64,000 nucleotides of DNA from an uncultured Spirochaetia bacterium (GTDB lineage: Bacteria > Spirochaetota > Spirochaetia > SZUA-6 > Bin103), in assembly GCA_958296075.1 (NCBI GenBank), contig CATQHW010000005.1, positions 73,270 to 137,269 on the forward strand. Direction: 5' to 3'. The position numbers and the translations under genes were made by a program. The notes under the pieces are model-generated. The model had not been told where the DNA came from, did no database searches, and saw only the letters and a list, made by a program, of their open reading frames with translations. Below, one piece after another: positions 1 through 8,810 of the stretch; the stretch's first letter is position 1, and each line of letters starts with the position of its first letter.

Positions 1-664
1 TGCGGGCTTGAGCCTGATGTAGCAGGGTCGGCACTGTCCCGCTGGAGGCCAATCCCTTCAGGACGTGCCTTTCGGTCCCGGAATGGTGGAGAATGCTGGC
101 GGTGTGTTGTCCCTGTGGACCGACAACCGGTGCGTGCCGCGGGTCCTCCAACGGATAGGTCTCGCGCGGTCCCAGCCTCTCGGCGGTAAGATACGAGAGT
201 TGGCGCAGGCGGTCCGCCAACGACCTCGCGCTCACGGACGAAAGCGCATCACGAGGCAGCAGGTAGCGAAGCGGCTCCGATCCGTCGACGTCCCAGCCGC
301 CACCGTCGGCGAACTCGGCGCGGACGCGTTTCACGGCCATGGCCATATCGGTGCGTTCACCTTCGGCTTCCCATTCCCACTGAACGTAAGACCCATCGTC
401 TTCCTGAAGCGAGATCCCGCACGCTCGGTGCCCGTGAACCTGATCGACCACGTCGGCCGTCGTGCCCAGACGTATGACGTTCCCGTTGAGCATGAGATGC
501 GACGACCATTCGTGCTCGCGCATCGTCTGGTGCAGGAGCGCCAACGCCTGGATCACCGACGACTTGCCGGACGCATTCGTGCCGGAAAGCAGCGTCAGCG
601 GGCGTAGCGGCAGCTTCAACAACGTGAAGCACTTGAAATCACGAAGATCAACCCGTGCGAACAC
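1..664 (-). CDS. ABC/SMC-type AAA ATPase (AAA_15/AAA_21, DUF3696/OLD-like), 5' part only; 3' end lies beyond the left edge
   Basis: I checked the minus-strand frame codon by codon and it is open from 664 to the window edge. A GTG at 664-662 overlaps the upstream DUF262 stop by 17 nt. The translation VFARVDLRDFKCFTLLKLPLRPLTLLSGTNASGKSSVIQALALLHQ carries Walker A GTNASGKS in the N-terminal strand/P-loop layout typical of these ATPases. A later LSYLTAERLGPRETYP...VVGPQGQHTASIL motif fits the same family. It is not listed in the ORF track because it has no in-window end. Confidence 0.75.
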   Translation of the reverse strand, partial: MFARVDLRDFKCFTLLKLPLRPLTLLSGTNASGKSSVIQALALLHQTMREHEWSSHLMLNGNVIRLGTTADVVDQVHGHRACGISLQEDDGSYVQWEWEAEGERTDMAMAVKRVRAEFADGGGWDVDGSEPLRYLLPRDALSSVSARSLADRLRQLSYLTAERLGPRETYPLEDPRHAPVVGPQGQHTASILHHSGTERHVLKGLASSGTVPTLLHQAQAR

Positions 665-1781
665 CGAGGACCTCCTGAAACATCTGCTCGGCACGATGGA
701 AACGTTCTCGGACCCTCTTGGAGTCGTTCGTGCTATAGGTGATCGCTGTGACGAACTCGTCGTCTTGCAGCAGGCGACAAACGGACTCGCGAAGATGGTT
801 GGCGGATTTCTGGACGAGATCGCCGTGGTAACGAGACAAGCCGGTAGACATGACGTCCCAGATGGAAGCGTTGAGCACATTTCTGGCTTGCTCTCCCTCT
901 TCGTACCAACTAACGATGCTTTTCCTGAATGCGTGCCTCTCGAACAACAGATGGTTGTTTTCCATGCTTCGCTGGAACTCATCGGACAAGCGGTCGAGAT
1001 CGTCCGCTGTCATCTCGTTCATCTTACGTAGTGACTTGGCGAGGAAGTCGTCCATGTCGCCGCCATACCCAGCGAGATCGAGAAGTCGGAAGGCGCAGAA
1101 CCGATTGACGAACTCCCGGTCTCTCATTTTCTTCGTATCCAGACTCCTCCCCGTTGCTGCGAGGAACGATTCGGTGCCCGACGCCACTTTCAGGAACCGG
1201 GTAGCGGGTCCCATGAACAGACTGTTGCGCATCTGCTGTCTGCTGAGCGGCTCGCCGCTGTTTACGCGCTCGAAGATGTCCAGACGGGCTCGTTCCGGTA
1301 CTTTTGAGTCGATGACGTAGAAGATCAGGTTGCAGTCCTCGATCCGGTTCTTGAGCTTGGGCGGCAAGTCGGAGAACCGCAAACGGTCGAGTTCGGCGCG
1401 ATCCGGGAGACGGAGACGCAGTTCGTCCTGCTTGAATCGGTGAAACGTGGACAGGCGTTGCAGACCATCGACTACGATCATCCGCCCTTCCTCGTCCTCG
1501 GCCAGGTAGAATACCGGCAGCGGGATGCGCATGACCACCGATTCTATCAGTTTGCTCTGCTTGTCTTCCGGCCAGACGAAATCCCGCTGGAAGTCGGGGT
1601 CCATTATGTAGCTGCCCTGGTCGATCCGCCGAATGACTTCGAAGATCGTCCTGTTTTCGTGCCTGATCAACAAACGGTCGAGAGGATAGTCGCCCCACGA
1701 CTCGCCTGCGGTGTCCAGACCGTCCAGCTCTTCCCTAGCAGGGTTCTCGACCTGAGTCGCGGACTGTTCGGAATCGATCAT
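648..1781 (-). CDS. DUF262 (ParB/GmrSD N-terminal-like) domain protein, 377 aa, no DUF1524/HNH tail
   Basis: This is the lower part of ORF 648..2894, starting at ATG 1781 (MIDSEQSAT...). Motifs FQRDFVWPEDKQSKLIESVVMRIPLPVFYL and VVDGLQRLSTF match the DUF262 FQR...DGQQR signature. Local GC is about 56% (counted on 661-780), against a visibly richer background. Confidence 0.8.
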   Translation of the reverse strand: MIDSEQSATQVENPAREELDGLDTAGESWGDYPLDRLLIRHENRTIFEVIRRIDQGSYIMDPDFQRDFVWPEDKQSKLIESVVMRIPLPVFYLAEDEEGRMIVVDGLQRLSTFHRFKQDELRLRLPDRAELDRLRFSDLPPKLKNRIEDCNLIFYVIDSKVPERARLDIFERVNSGEPLSRQQMRNSLFMGPATRFLKVASGTESFLAATGRSLDTKKMRDREFVNRFCAFRLLDLAGYGGDMDDFLAKSLRKMNEMTADDLDRLSDEFQRSMENNHLLFERHAFRKSIVSWYEEGEQARNVLNASIWDVMSTGLSRYHGDLVQKSANHLRESVCRLLQDDEFVTAITYSTNDSKRVRERFHRAEQMFQEVLGVRTG

Positions 1782-1909
1782 GCTGTCGCTCCTGTCTCCT
1801 TTGGTGTCGGTACGCGCCTTACACCGTACTTCGGCGTGCGCGCGTCTGGCCAGCACGGCGCATGCGCAGGGCCGCGTGCGCGCGGCTGCCGAGATGGAGG
1901 CGTATCGCC

Positions 1910-3007
1910 TCAGGGGCCGGGAGCGCCCCGCGCCGCCTGCTTCTCCTGCCATGGTTGTCGCTCGCCGTAGAACGACTCGCGAGGCTTGCTTGGAGTCGCC
2001 GGCGGCGTCAGCGCGCGCAGCATGATCAGGAGATCGGTGAACCTGCCGCCGGAGCGCAGCCGTCGCGGCCACCGTGCTTCCTCGACGAAGTCGGCCGATT
2101 CCGCCAAGCGGCGCTGCTCGCCGTCCTCGGCGGCGACCATCAGCGCCAACTGCCCGATGCCGAGCGCGGACGCACGCTCGGCCGCGGCGTCCAGCAGGTC
2201 GGCGACGCAGTCGAAGTGCCGGCGGCCGACGCGAAAGCTCAATTCCGCGACGTGCTGCTCGCAGAAGGTGGAGAATCGCCGGAAGGCGACCGCGCCGACC
2301 ACTCGCGCCGTCGGCGCCTCCAGCACCAGAAACGCCCCGTTGCCGTCGTCGGCGGCGCGCATCACCCGGACAAAGTGACTCTCGTAGCGGGTGTCGCGGA
2401 ACGATGCCGACAGGGAATCCTTGATCAGCCAAGGCGGATCGGGGTGGTTGTACAGGACGCAGAGCCGAGCCAGATCGCCCCAATGCGCCTCGCGAATGGT
2501 CGTGGCGCCGCCGCCGGCGAACCAAAGGTCGTCGAAGTCTTCTGCGTCGGGCGCCAAGTAGCGCATGCCGTCGCCGGCGTGGAAGCGAAAGCCGTGGCGT
2601 TCGTACAGGCGGCCGGCGACCGGGTTGGTGGTACACAGGTAGAGCGCCCGGCCTCCCTGCGCGGTGAAGTGGCGAACGAGCGCTCCGACGAGCGCCGAAG
2701 CGACGCCAAGGCGCCGAAAGCGCTCCTCGGTGGAGACGAACTGCAGCGCGCCGACGTCGCGGGTGTCCCGCGGTGCGTAGTAGCACATCGTGCCGGCGAT
2801 CCGGCCGTCGATACGGCCGATGAAGTGCGGGGCTTGCATCCAGCGGTTGAGCGTTCCGGCCATCATCTCCTCGCGGATCAGCGGCCACCAGCAAAGGCGG
2901 TTCCAGTCGCAGGAGCGGCTGACCGGCGGTTCGGTGATCTCTATGGCCAGCGTGCTTCCGTCGCGCAACGGCGTTTCCTGGGCCGGGGAGCGGCTCATGC
3001 CGGTCAT
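1910..3007 (-). CDS. tandem GNAT-family N-acetyltransferase
   Basis: ORF 1910..3031. The first GNAT core is RRLGVASALVGALVRHFTAQGGRALYLCTTNPVAGRLYERHGF. A second acetyltransferase-like half is present (VVGAVAFRRF...ALGIGQLALMVAAEDGEQRRLAESADF). I prefer the ATG at 3007 because it is preceded by GGTGGA. Confidence 0.7.
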   Translation of the reverse strand: MTGMSRSPAQETPLRDGSTLAIEITEPPVSRSCDWNRLCWWPLIREEMMAGTLNRWMQAPHFIGRIDGRIAGTMCYYAPRDTRDVGALQFVSTEERFRRLGVASALVGALVRHFTAQGGRALYLCTTNPVAGRLYERHGFRFHAGDGMRYLAPDAEDFDDLWFAGGGATTIREAHWGDLARLCVLYNHPDPPWLIKDSLSASFRDTRYESHFVRVMRAADDGNGAFLVLEAPTARVVGAVAFRRFSTFCEQHVAELSFRVGRRHFDCVADLLDAAAERASALGIGQLALMVAAEDGEQRRLAESADFVEEARWPRRLRSGGRFTDLLIMLRALTPPATPSKPRESFYGERQPWQEKQAARGAPGP

Positions 3008-3148
3008 ATTCGTTCCACCATGATGTCTCAATAATGCCAGTTTTCGTTAGCGTGTGGTAGTCTGTTGATCTGATCCCGATAGGAGCGCCACAGCGGCAGT
3101 CGGTCCATCAACGAACGTAGCCGATCGGTGTGGCGTCGTTCCGAGGCG

Positions 3149-4135
3149 CTACCCGCCGCCGTGGGGTCGATCAGTCAACAGCCGCAGGAAGTCCGCTTTG
3201 TCGCGGCATTCCAGCGCGGCTTGCATCAGTACCTCCGTAGAGACGCCCTCCATCTCCGCCAAGCGCTGGGGCAACGCAGCCGGCGCCAGCAGGCCGCGTG
3301 CGCCGAATACCTGCCGCACCGCCGCGAGTTGCGCTTCCATCCGGCCTTCCGCCCGGCCTGCGGCGTGGCCCGCCCGGCGTTCGGCGCGCAGGAACGGATC
3401 GTCATCCGGCCCCGTGCCTTCCGCGGCACCCAGCGCTCCACCCACGCGGCGCAACGCCGCCGTGGTCGCGTCGGACAACTCCGGCTCGTTCAATGCCCGG
3501 TGAATCTCCGCCGCGGTCCAGCCGGGAAAGGCCCGGCTGCTCGGCGCCGAATGAAAGCCCCCATCCCCCAGCAGGTGAATCGTCAGACCGGGGCGCAGTC
3601 CAGCCGGGCGGCTCGGCGACGGCGTGTCGGGCACTTCTACCCACACTTCCGGAAAGCCCCAAGACTCGTATAGAGCGAGCTTGCCGCGGCGTACGTCGGT
3701 GGTGTTGTCCACCTCCAGCACTACGTCAGGGAGCGTGTCGCTGCCCACTTCGATGGCCGGACCCCAAGGCCGCGTCGCGCGCGGGCGCAGATACACCGTC
3801 TGGTCGGCCTGCATGATGCGCAGGTGGGCGCCGCGCGCATCGCGCACCAGGAGATCGGATGCTCCGAAGGTCTCAATCGGCGAGCCCCGCACGTGGGCAA
3901 TCGTCGTGAGCAGCCCTGCCAAGCGCTGCGGCGGATGTTCATGGTAGATGCTGACCGGTTCGCACACCATCGCGACTTCGGTATTGGCGTCCCAATACTC
4001 GATGCGCCCTTCGTAGTCGGCGATTGACTCCCGCGAAATACGCACCGGCCGGCAGCCGGGGAACTGCAACGACTCCGGCTCACTCTCACCATACGGTGCC
4101 GGCCGCGGGAGAGCGCTGACGTGGTATTGAGTCAT
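3149..4135 (-). CDS. Uma2-family (DUF820) PD-(D/E)XK endonuclease fused to a C-terminal helical tail resembling DUF4351
   Basis: The core PDVVLEVDNTTDVRRGKLALYESWGFPEVWVEV matches the Uma2 D...E-x-K pattern (PDl.vEv.S....D...K...Y...Gv.EyW). The C-terminal ~110 aa (AEGRMEAQLAAVRQVFGARGLL...LAEMEGVSTEVLMQAALECRDKADFLRLL) look like the tail found on Rpn/YhgA-like nucleases. Confidence 0.7.
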   Translation of the reverse strand: MTQYHVSALPRPAPYGESEPESLQFPGCRPVRISRESIADYEGRIEYWDANTEVAMVCEPVSIYHEHPPQRLAGLLTTIAHVRGSPIETFGASDLLVRDARGAHLRIMQADQTVYLRPRATRPWGPAIEVGSDTLPDVVLEVDNTTDVRRGKLALYESWGFPEVWVEVPDTPSPSRPAGLRPGLTIHLLGDGGFHSAPSSRAFPGWTAAEIHRALNEPELSDATTAALRRVGGALGAAEGTGPDDDPFLRAERRAGHAAGRAEGRMEAQLAAVRQVFGARGLLAPAALPQRLAEMEGVSTEVLMQAALECRDKADFLRLLTDRPHGGG

Positions 4136-4149
4136 GACCTGATTCTAAC

Positions 4150-4651
4150 ACGGCGGCCCGGTGAACTGCGGACCACCTGTGCACCGAGCCGCATTCTGTA
4201 TCTGGTGCAGGACCTTCGCTGGAGTCGGCTGCGCGGCCTGTCGGGCAGGGTGTATTCGATCATCCGATCCGCCACGAGTCGCCGGATGACCTTATTGAGT
4301 TGGCCTGAAATCTCCTTCTGTCCCAGGTTCTGCGATAGCTCGCCTTTGCCATCGTACCCTCAGCCAGCAACACAAGCAGTCTCGCCTCCAGCGACTCTGG
4401 CTGTGACTCTGGCCGTACTCCGTTCCCGTGTCCCTGACGAGCCCGTCCGCTGCCTGGTAGGCGGCGGAATATCGAAACTCCAACCACAGGCCGCCCTTGT
4501 AGCTGATCGGGTTGGGGTAGGGTTCGACGACGATCTGCAAGTACTCCCGCCCCGACTCCGTCTTCAGGAGTTGCGCGGCGGCATGGACTTCAACGATGAA
4601 AGCCAGCTCGGCGCCGGCGCGCGGATGAACATGATCCTGAATAGCGACCAT
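4150..4651 (-). pseudogene. decayed middle/3' part of an AlbA_2 (Schlafen-like)/RecG-like putative transcriptional regulator gene
   Basis: The frame of ORF 4292..4651 gives LLKTESGREYLQIVVEPYPNPISYKGG (AlbA_2 core). Further downstream, two other frames give ESLEARLLVLLAEG and GELSQNLGQKEISGQLNKVIRRLVADRMIEYTLPDRPRSRLQ (typical C-terminal wHTH). At least 2 frameshifts are needed to join them, and the N-terminus is missing. Boundaries are approximate. Confidence 0.6.
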
Positions 4652-4672
4652 GACGGAAGATGAGAAAGCGTC

Positions 4673-4926
4673 GTGAGAGAGAGTCAGCTCGTCGAATGGA
4701 AGGAATCATGGCGCGATGAGTACCTGAAGTGGATTTGCGGGTTCGCCAATGCTCAGGGCGGCGTGCTGGAGATCGGCAGGAACGATCACGGCGAGGTGGT
4801 CGGCGTCAAGGACGTGCTCCGGCTGTTCGAAGAGATCCCAACAAGGCGCTGGCGTCGCTCGGCATCGTGGTCGACGTGAATCTCAGATCGGTTGCCGAAC
4901 TGATGAACACCCATCGACGACGGTGA
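4673..4926 (+). pseudogene. 5' fragment of an AlbA_2 (Schlafen-like) domain gene, frameshifted and truncated
   Basis: ORF 4673..4879 reads RESQLVEWKESWRDEYLKWICGFANAQGGVLEIGRNDHGEVVGV (canonical AlbA_2 N-terminus). After ...EEIP the homologous sequence continues in another frame (ORF 4729..4926: NKALASLGIVVDVNL). It then ends about 75 residues into a family whose members are normally far longer. Confidence 0.6.
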
Positions 4927-4930
4927 CCGG

Positions 4931-4963
4931 CAGGGGGGCCGGAGCGGCGCTCCGGCCCCCCTG
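4931..4963. terminator. strong GC hairpin, bidirectional terminator candidate
   Basis: caggggggccggagc-ggc-gctccggcccccctg forms a perfect 15-bp stem with a 3-nt loop. It lies 9 nt downstream of the stop of the minus-strand lipoprotein gene and just after the plus-strand pseudogene. Confidence 0.6.
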
Positions 4964-4971
4964 AGGTCGGG

Positions 4972-6678
4972 TCAGCTACAGGTGTTGACCTTTCCCGGAG
5001 TGGCGGTCATGGCGCGGAAGTCCGTGCCGTTGTCGTTGCTGTCGGAGCCGTTGGGGCAGCGGCCGATCGACTTGCCGGCGGTGGCTGGATCGGTGGGCGC
5101 GGACGCGCCTTCGCCGGCGCCGGTGGGGGTCCCTTCGTACTGGACCGCGTCCATCACCTTCTCATCTGCGATTCTCACGATGCGGACCGCGTCCGGGCCC
5201 TGCTGCAGGCCGCTGCTGCCGAGCGCTATCTTGACGGTTGCGTCCGGCAGCGTTGCGGCGTCCAGCACCGCCTTGTCACCGATCACCAGGTACTTGCCGG
5301 CGGCGAGCGAACCGGCACCGGTGTAGGAGGCGTACGCCTCGCCGTCGCCGACGTCGACCATCTCGATGCGGTAGCCGGTCAGGTCGACGGGGCTGGAGCC
5401 GGGATTCAGTATCTCCACGAATTCGGCGGTGTCGCTGCTGCCGGGCTGGTCGTAGTCGATCTCATTGATCAACAGAGCCGCCGCCGGCAGCTGCAAGGAG
5501 TCGGGGAACAGGTTTGCCGGGACCGTAAAGCTGGCCGTGGAGGTGAGACCGCCTTGGGTGGCGATCACCTTCAGGGTGCCGGTCTTGGTCTGGTCGTAGC
5601 CGGTCAGGACGGCCGGGTTGACCGTGGAGTCGACGAACGAGGTGCCGGTGACGGCGTTTCCGCCGGCTTTGAAGCTCCATGCGTAGGTGACGCCCGAGCC
5701 GTCGCCCGCGCTGGAGACAACCGCGGTCCAGCGCACCCCGGCGGGCGTGCGCCGGCCGGCAACGCTCAGCACCGCCGGCCCCAGGGCCGCCGACAGCCCC
5801 GCCGACTCATCGACCGGGATGCGGAAGTCGACCGCGACGCGATTGCCGGCGGCGTTGGTCACCATGATCTTCGCCGTGTAGCGTCCCTTCGCGGCCGGCG
5901 CCGTGTAGGTGCTGGTTACCGAGGCCGTGCCGGTCGCGCCGCTCTGGGGACTGTCCGTGGTGACGGTTCCGGTGGGCGGCGCGAAGGTGCCGTTGCTGAA
6001 CCGGTAGTTGAGCGTCTCGGCCTTCTTGCCGGTCACCGACACGGTCACCGTGGCGGTGCCTCCGGCCCGGACCTGCTGCGTCGTGATCGCGGAGACGACG
6101 GGGAACTGGCCGGCGTTGTTGCCGCTCACCGCGGCCAGATTGATGGTCAACTCGGCGGTGGCGCGGGTGAGCGTGGCGCGGTGCGTGCCCCGGAACAGCA
6201 CCGTGTCGCTGCTGTTCTTGGCCTCCGCGGTGAAGGTGATCGGGGTGTCGAGCGTGATCCCCACCAGGGTGCCGGTCCAGGTCATCGACGACTTGGTGAG
6301 CGTTACCGTGAGAAGCGGATCCTGCCGCACGCCGTTGGCGTCGTTCCCGGCGGCGGTGACCGTGACCGACCTGACGTCGTCGTGGCTGCCGGCCGCCGCG
6401 TACGACGGTGGCGTCGCGCCGAGCACCAAGATCCTGCCCGCGGCCGGCGTCGCAGCGGCGGCCGGATGGGCGCGGCGCGCGGACCGGGCCGGGGCCAGCG
6501 CCGGAACCGACACCCGCACCTCGATGTCAGCGGTCCGGTACCGCCGGACGGGCGCGGGGGCCGGCGCCGACGCCGACGCCGGGTCCGGAAAGGCCGGCAT
6601 CAGGTCGGAACAGGCGACAAACGAAGCGGCGAGCACCGCTAACGCAATGCGGCTCAGTGTGGCGAGTAGATGTTTCAT
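4972..6678 (-). CDS. secreted lipoprotein with Ig-like repeats and a C-terminal lamin-tail domain (LTD)
   Basis: ATG at 6678 is preceded by AGGTGG. The signal peptide has a lipobox (MKHLLATLSRIALAVLAASFVAC). The C-terminal LLINEIDYDQPGSSDTAEFVEILNPGSSPVDLTGYRI matches the LTD signature (EfvElyN...vdLsGw). The upper 476 codons of ORF 4972..8106 are spurious and overlap the beta-helix gene. Confidence 0.75.
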   Translation of the reverse strand: MKHLLATLSRIALAVLAASFVACSDLMPAFPDPASASAPAPAPVRRYRTADIEVRVSVPALAPARSARRAHPAAAATPAAGRILVLGATPPSYAAAGSHDDVRSVTVTAAGNDANGVRQDPLLTVTLTKSSMTWTGTLVGITLDTPITFTAEAKNSSDTVLFRGTHRATLTRATAELTINLAAVSGNNAGQFPVVSAITTQQVRAGGTATVTVSVTGKKAETLNYRFSNGTFAPPTGTVTTDSPQSGATGTASVTSTYTAPAAKGRYTAKIMVTNAAGNRVAVDFRIPVDESAGLSAALGPAVLSVAGRRTPAGVRWTAVVSSAGDGSGVTYAWSFKAGGNAVTGTSFVDSTVNPAVLTGYDQTKTGTLKVIATQGGLTSTASFTVPANLFPDSLQLPAAALLINEIDYDQPGSSDTAEFVEILNPGSSPVDLTGYRIEMVDVGDGEAYASYTGAGSLAAGKYLVIGDKAVLDAATLPDATVKIALGSSGLQQGPDAVRIVRIADEKVMDAVQYEGTPTGAGEGASAPTDPATAGKSIGRCPNGSDSNDNGTDFRAMTATPGKVNTCS

Positions 6679-6734
6679 GCCACCTACAACGCCCCGGCGT
6701 CCGTGGCGCTTCATGCACGCCGCGGACGCCGCCG

Positions 6735-8810
6735 TCAGGTCGGCGCGCGGCGGTTCGGGCCGATTTCGGCGGCCGGGCCGATGCGGTCGAACGGTATCTC
6801 CTGCATGCCGGCCTGGTAGGCCGGGCAGCCGATCGCCAGCCGCAGGTCGTCGTTGCGCTCGTCCGCGAAGCCCGGATCGACGCCGATCAGATTCCCTGCG
6901 TCCGGCACCAGGCGCGGATCGACGTCGCGCAGCGTCAGCAGCCAACGGCCGCCGTAGCACAGGTTGTTGACGATCACGTTGCCGGTGGGCTGAAAGCCGC
7001 CTCCGGCCGCGTACACCGCGTCCAGCTCGGCCAACTGCGGGTACCGCTCGGCGTAGGGCGGCTGGTGGTGGTTCATCTCTTCGAGCCGCGGGCGCATGGT
7101 CCGGTAGACCATGTCCCGCCACTGCTCGGTCAGGCACTGGCCGCGCCCGTCGAGCTGGACCGCCGGCTCGCAATGCACGAACAGGTTGTTCTCTACCCGG
7201 TTGTCGCGGCCGCCGCCGATCAGCACGGCGCGCGTGCAGCGCAGGAAGACGTTGCCGAATATCGTGGTGCCGCTGGCGCAGTCGTCGAGATAGACCGCCC
7301 GCACGCCGTGCCGGCCGTAGCCGAATATGCCCAGATCGTGGAAGAAGTTGTGGCGCACCACGTTGCCCCGCTCGGTCCAGTCCCGCCCCATGTAGAAGGC
7401 GCCGGCGTCGCCGGTCTGGGTGCAGACGTGGTCGATCTCGTTGCGCTCGACCATGTGGTCGTTGCCGTGAAGCAGCACCGCGGTATGCGGCGCATCGTGC
7501 AGGTGGTTGTGCGCGACCCGGTTGCCGACCCCGTGCAGATCGACGCCGGGGGTGTAGGTGAGCAGCAGGCGGCTGAAGTGGTGGATGTCGCAGTGCTCGA
7601 CCGCGTGGCCGGCCGGCTGCAGCGTGCGGCGGTCGCCGCCGGCGAGCTGCACGCCGCCCGCACCGGTGTGATGTATCTCGCTCCGCTCGACGCGATGGCC
7701 GTCGCCGCCGTCCACGGTGACTCCGTAGTGACCGGTGTGGCGGATCTCGCAGTGGCTGACCGTCACCTCCCGGCCGCCGCTGACGGTGACGGCGTCCCCG
7801 CGGCAGCATTCGATGGTCAGGTCGCGCAGCTGCACGTGGGAGGCGTCGCGGACGGCGATAACCGCGTCGGACAAGATCGACACCGTGACCACTACCTCCG
7901 GCGGCGACGGATCGCCCGGCGGCCAGAAGTACAGGAGCCCGTCCCGCCGATCCAGGTACCATTCGCCGGGGGAGTCGAGCTCCTCCAGCACGTTCAGGAA
8001 GTAGTAACGCTGCCCGGTGGTGTATCCGTAGGCGCCGGGCTGATCGGTGGTGACCAGCCGGGCGTCGAGGTCGATCGAAACGACGCGTTGATAGGAGTCG
8101 GCCCAATCATAGGTCCAGTAGCCGTGCACCAGCGCCTCGGCCGGCCGGAGCCAGCCGCGCGGCCGGTCGCCGAAGTACTCGAAGCTGCGGTTGGGCTCGT
8201 CGCTGCTGGCGTCCCAGGGCACGTCGTCGGTGCCGCCGCGCCGCGGCGCGGCGACGCGGGCGATGGTCACGAACGAATGGTCGGGCCAGCGCGCCAGGGT
8301 CATCCGCCGGTCCCGGTAGAACACCTCCATCGCGGCCGGGCGGCGGCCGCGGCCGAAGCCGACCGGATCGAGGGCGCCGTAGTCGTCGATCCCCTGCGCG
8401 CGGAGGTCGGCCACCAGCACGCGGCCGCGCGCCGCCGGCGACAGCCGTCGCCGCGCCTCCGCAGTGGCGCCCGATTCCGCGATCGGCCGGAACCCCGCCG
8501 CGGCGCAGCCGCCGATCAGGTGGACCTTCTCGCCCGGGAAGGCGCGGTAGACGACGGGCGCGTCCTGAGTGCCACCGTCATCGGGGCCGAGATCGAAGGG
8601 CGTTTCCCGATGGTAGCGCCAACCGCGCAGCCACACCGTCGCGCCGGCGGTCGTCCCGCCGGAACGGCGCCGCGCCTGCAGCGCATCGCGCGCCGCCTCC
8701 AGGGTAGCGAACGGACCGTCGCGTCCGTCGCCGGTCGGGTCGGGATGGCGACCGCTCCAGGCATCGCTTCCGGCCGGGGATACGTACAGGTCGAGGCTGT
8801 CGTCTACCAT
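6735..8810 (-). CDS. right-handed parallel beta-helix repeat protein (pectate-lyase fold, probable glycan hydrolase/lyase)
   Basis: 691-aa ORF with repeated beta-helix rungs: VTVSHCEIRHTGHYGVTVDGG, HRVERSEIHHTGAGGVQLAGG, HAVEHCDIHH, NRVAHNHLHDAPHTAVLLHGN, NRVENNLFVHC. The N-terminus LYVSPAGSDAWSG is typical of this family. Confidence 0.75.
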   Translation of the reverse strand: MVDDSLDLYVSPAGSDAWSGRHPDPTGDGRDGPFATLEAARDALQARRRSGGTTAGATVWLRGWRYHRETPFDLGPDDGGTQDAPVVYRAFPGEKVHLIGGCAAAGFRPIAESGATAEARRRLSPAARGRVLVADLRAQGIDDYGALDPVGFGRGRRPAAMEVFYRDRRMTLARWPDHSFVTIARVAAPRRGGTDDVPWDASSDEPNRSFEYFGDRPRGWLRPAEALVHGYWTYDWADSYQRVVSIDLDARLVTTDQPGAYGYTTGQRYYFLNVLEELDSPGEWYLDRRDGLLYFWPPGDPSPPEVVVTVSILSDAVIAVRDASHVQLRDLTIECCRGDAVTVSGGREVTVSHCEIRHTGHYGVTVDGGDGHRVERSEIHHTGAGGVQLAGGDRRTLQPAGHAVEHCDIHHFSRLLLTYTPGVDLHGVGNRVAHNHLHDAPHTAVLLHGNDHMVERNEIDHVCTQTGDAGAFYMGRDWTERGNVVRHNFFHDLGIFGYGRHGVRAVYLDDCASGTTIFGNVFLRCTRAVLIGGGRDNRVENNLFVHCEPAVQLDGRGQCLTEQWRDMVYRTMRPRLEEMNHHQPPYAERYPQLAELDAVYAAGGGFQPTGNVIVNNLCYGGRWLLTLRDVDPRLVPDAGNLIGVDPGFADERNDDLRLAIGCPAYQAGMQEIPFDRIGPAAEIGPNRRAPT

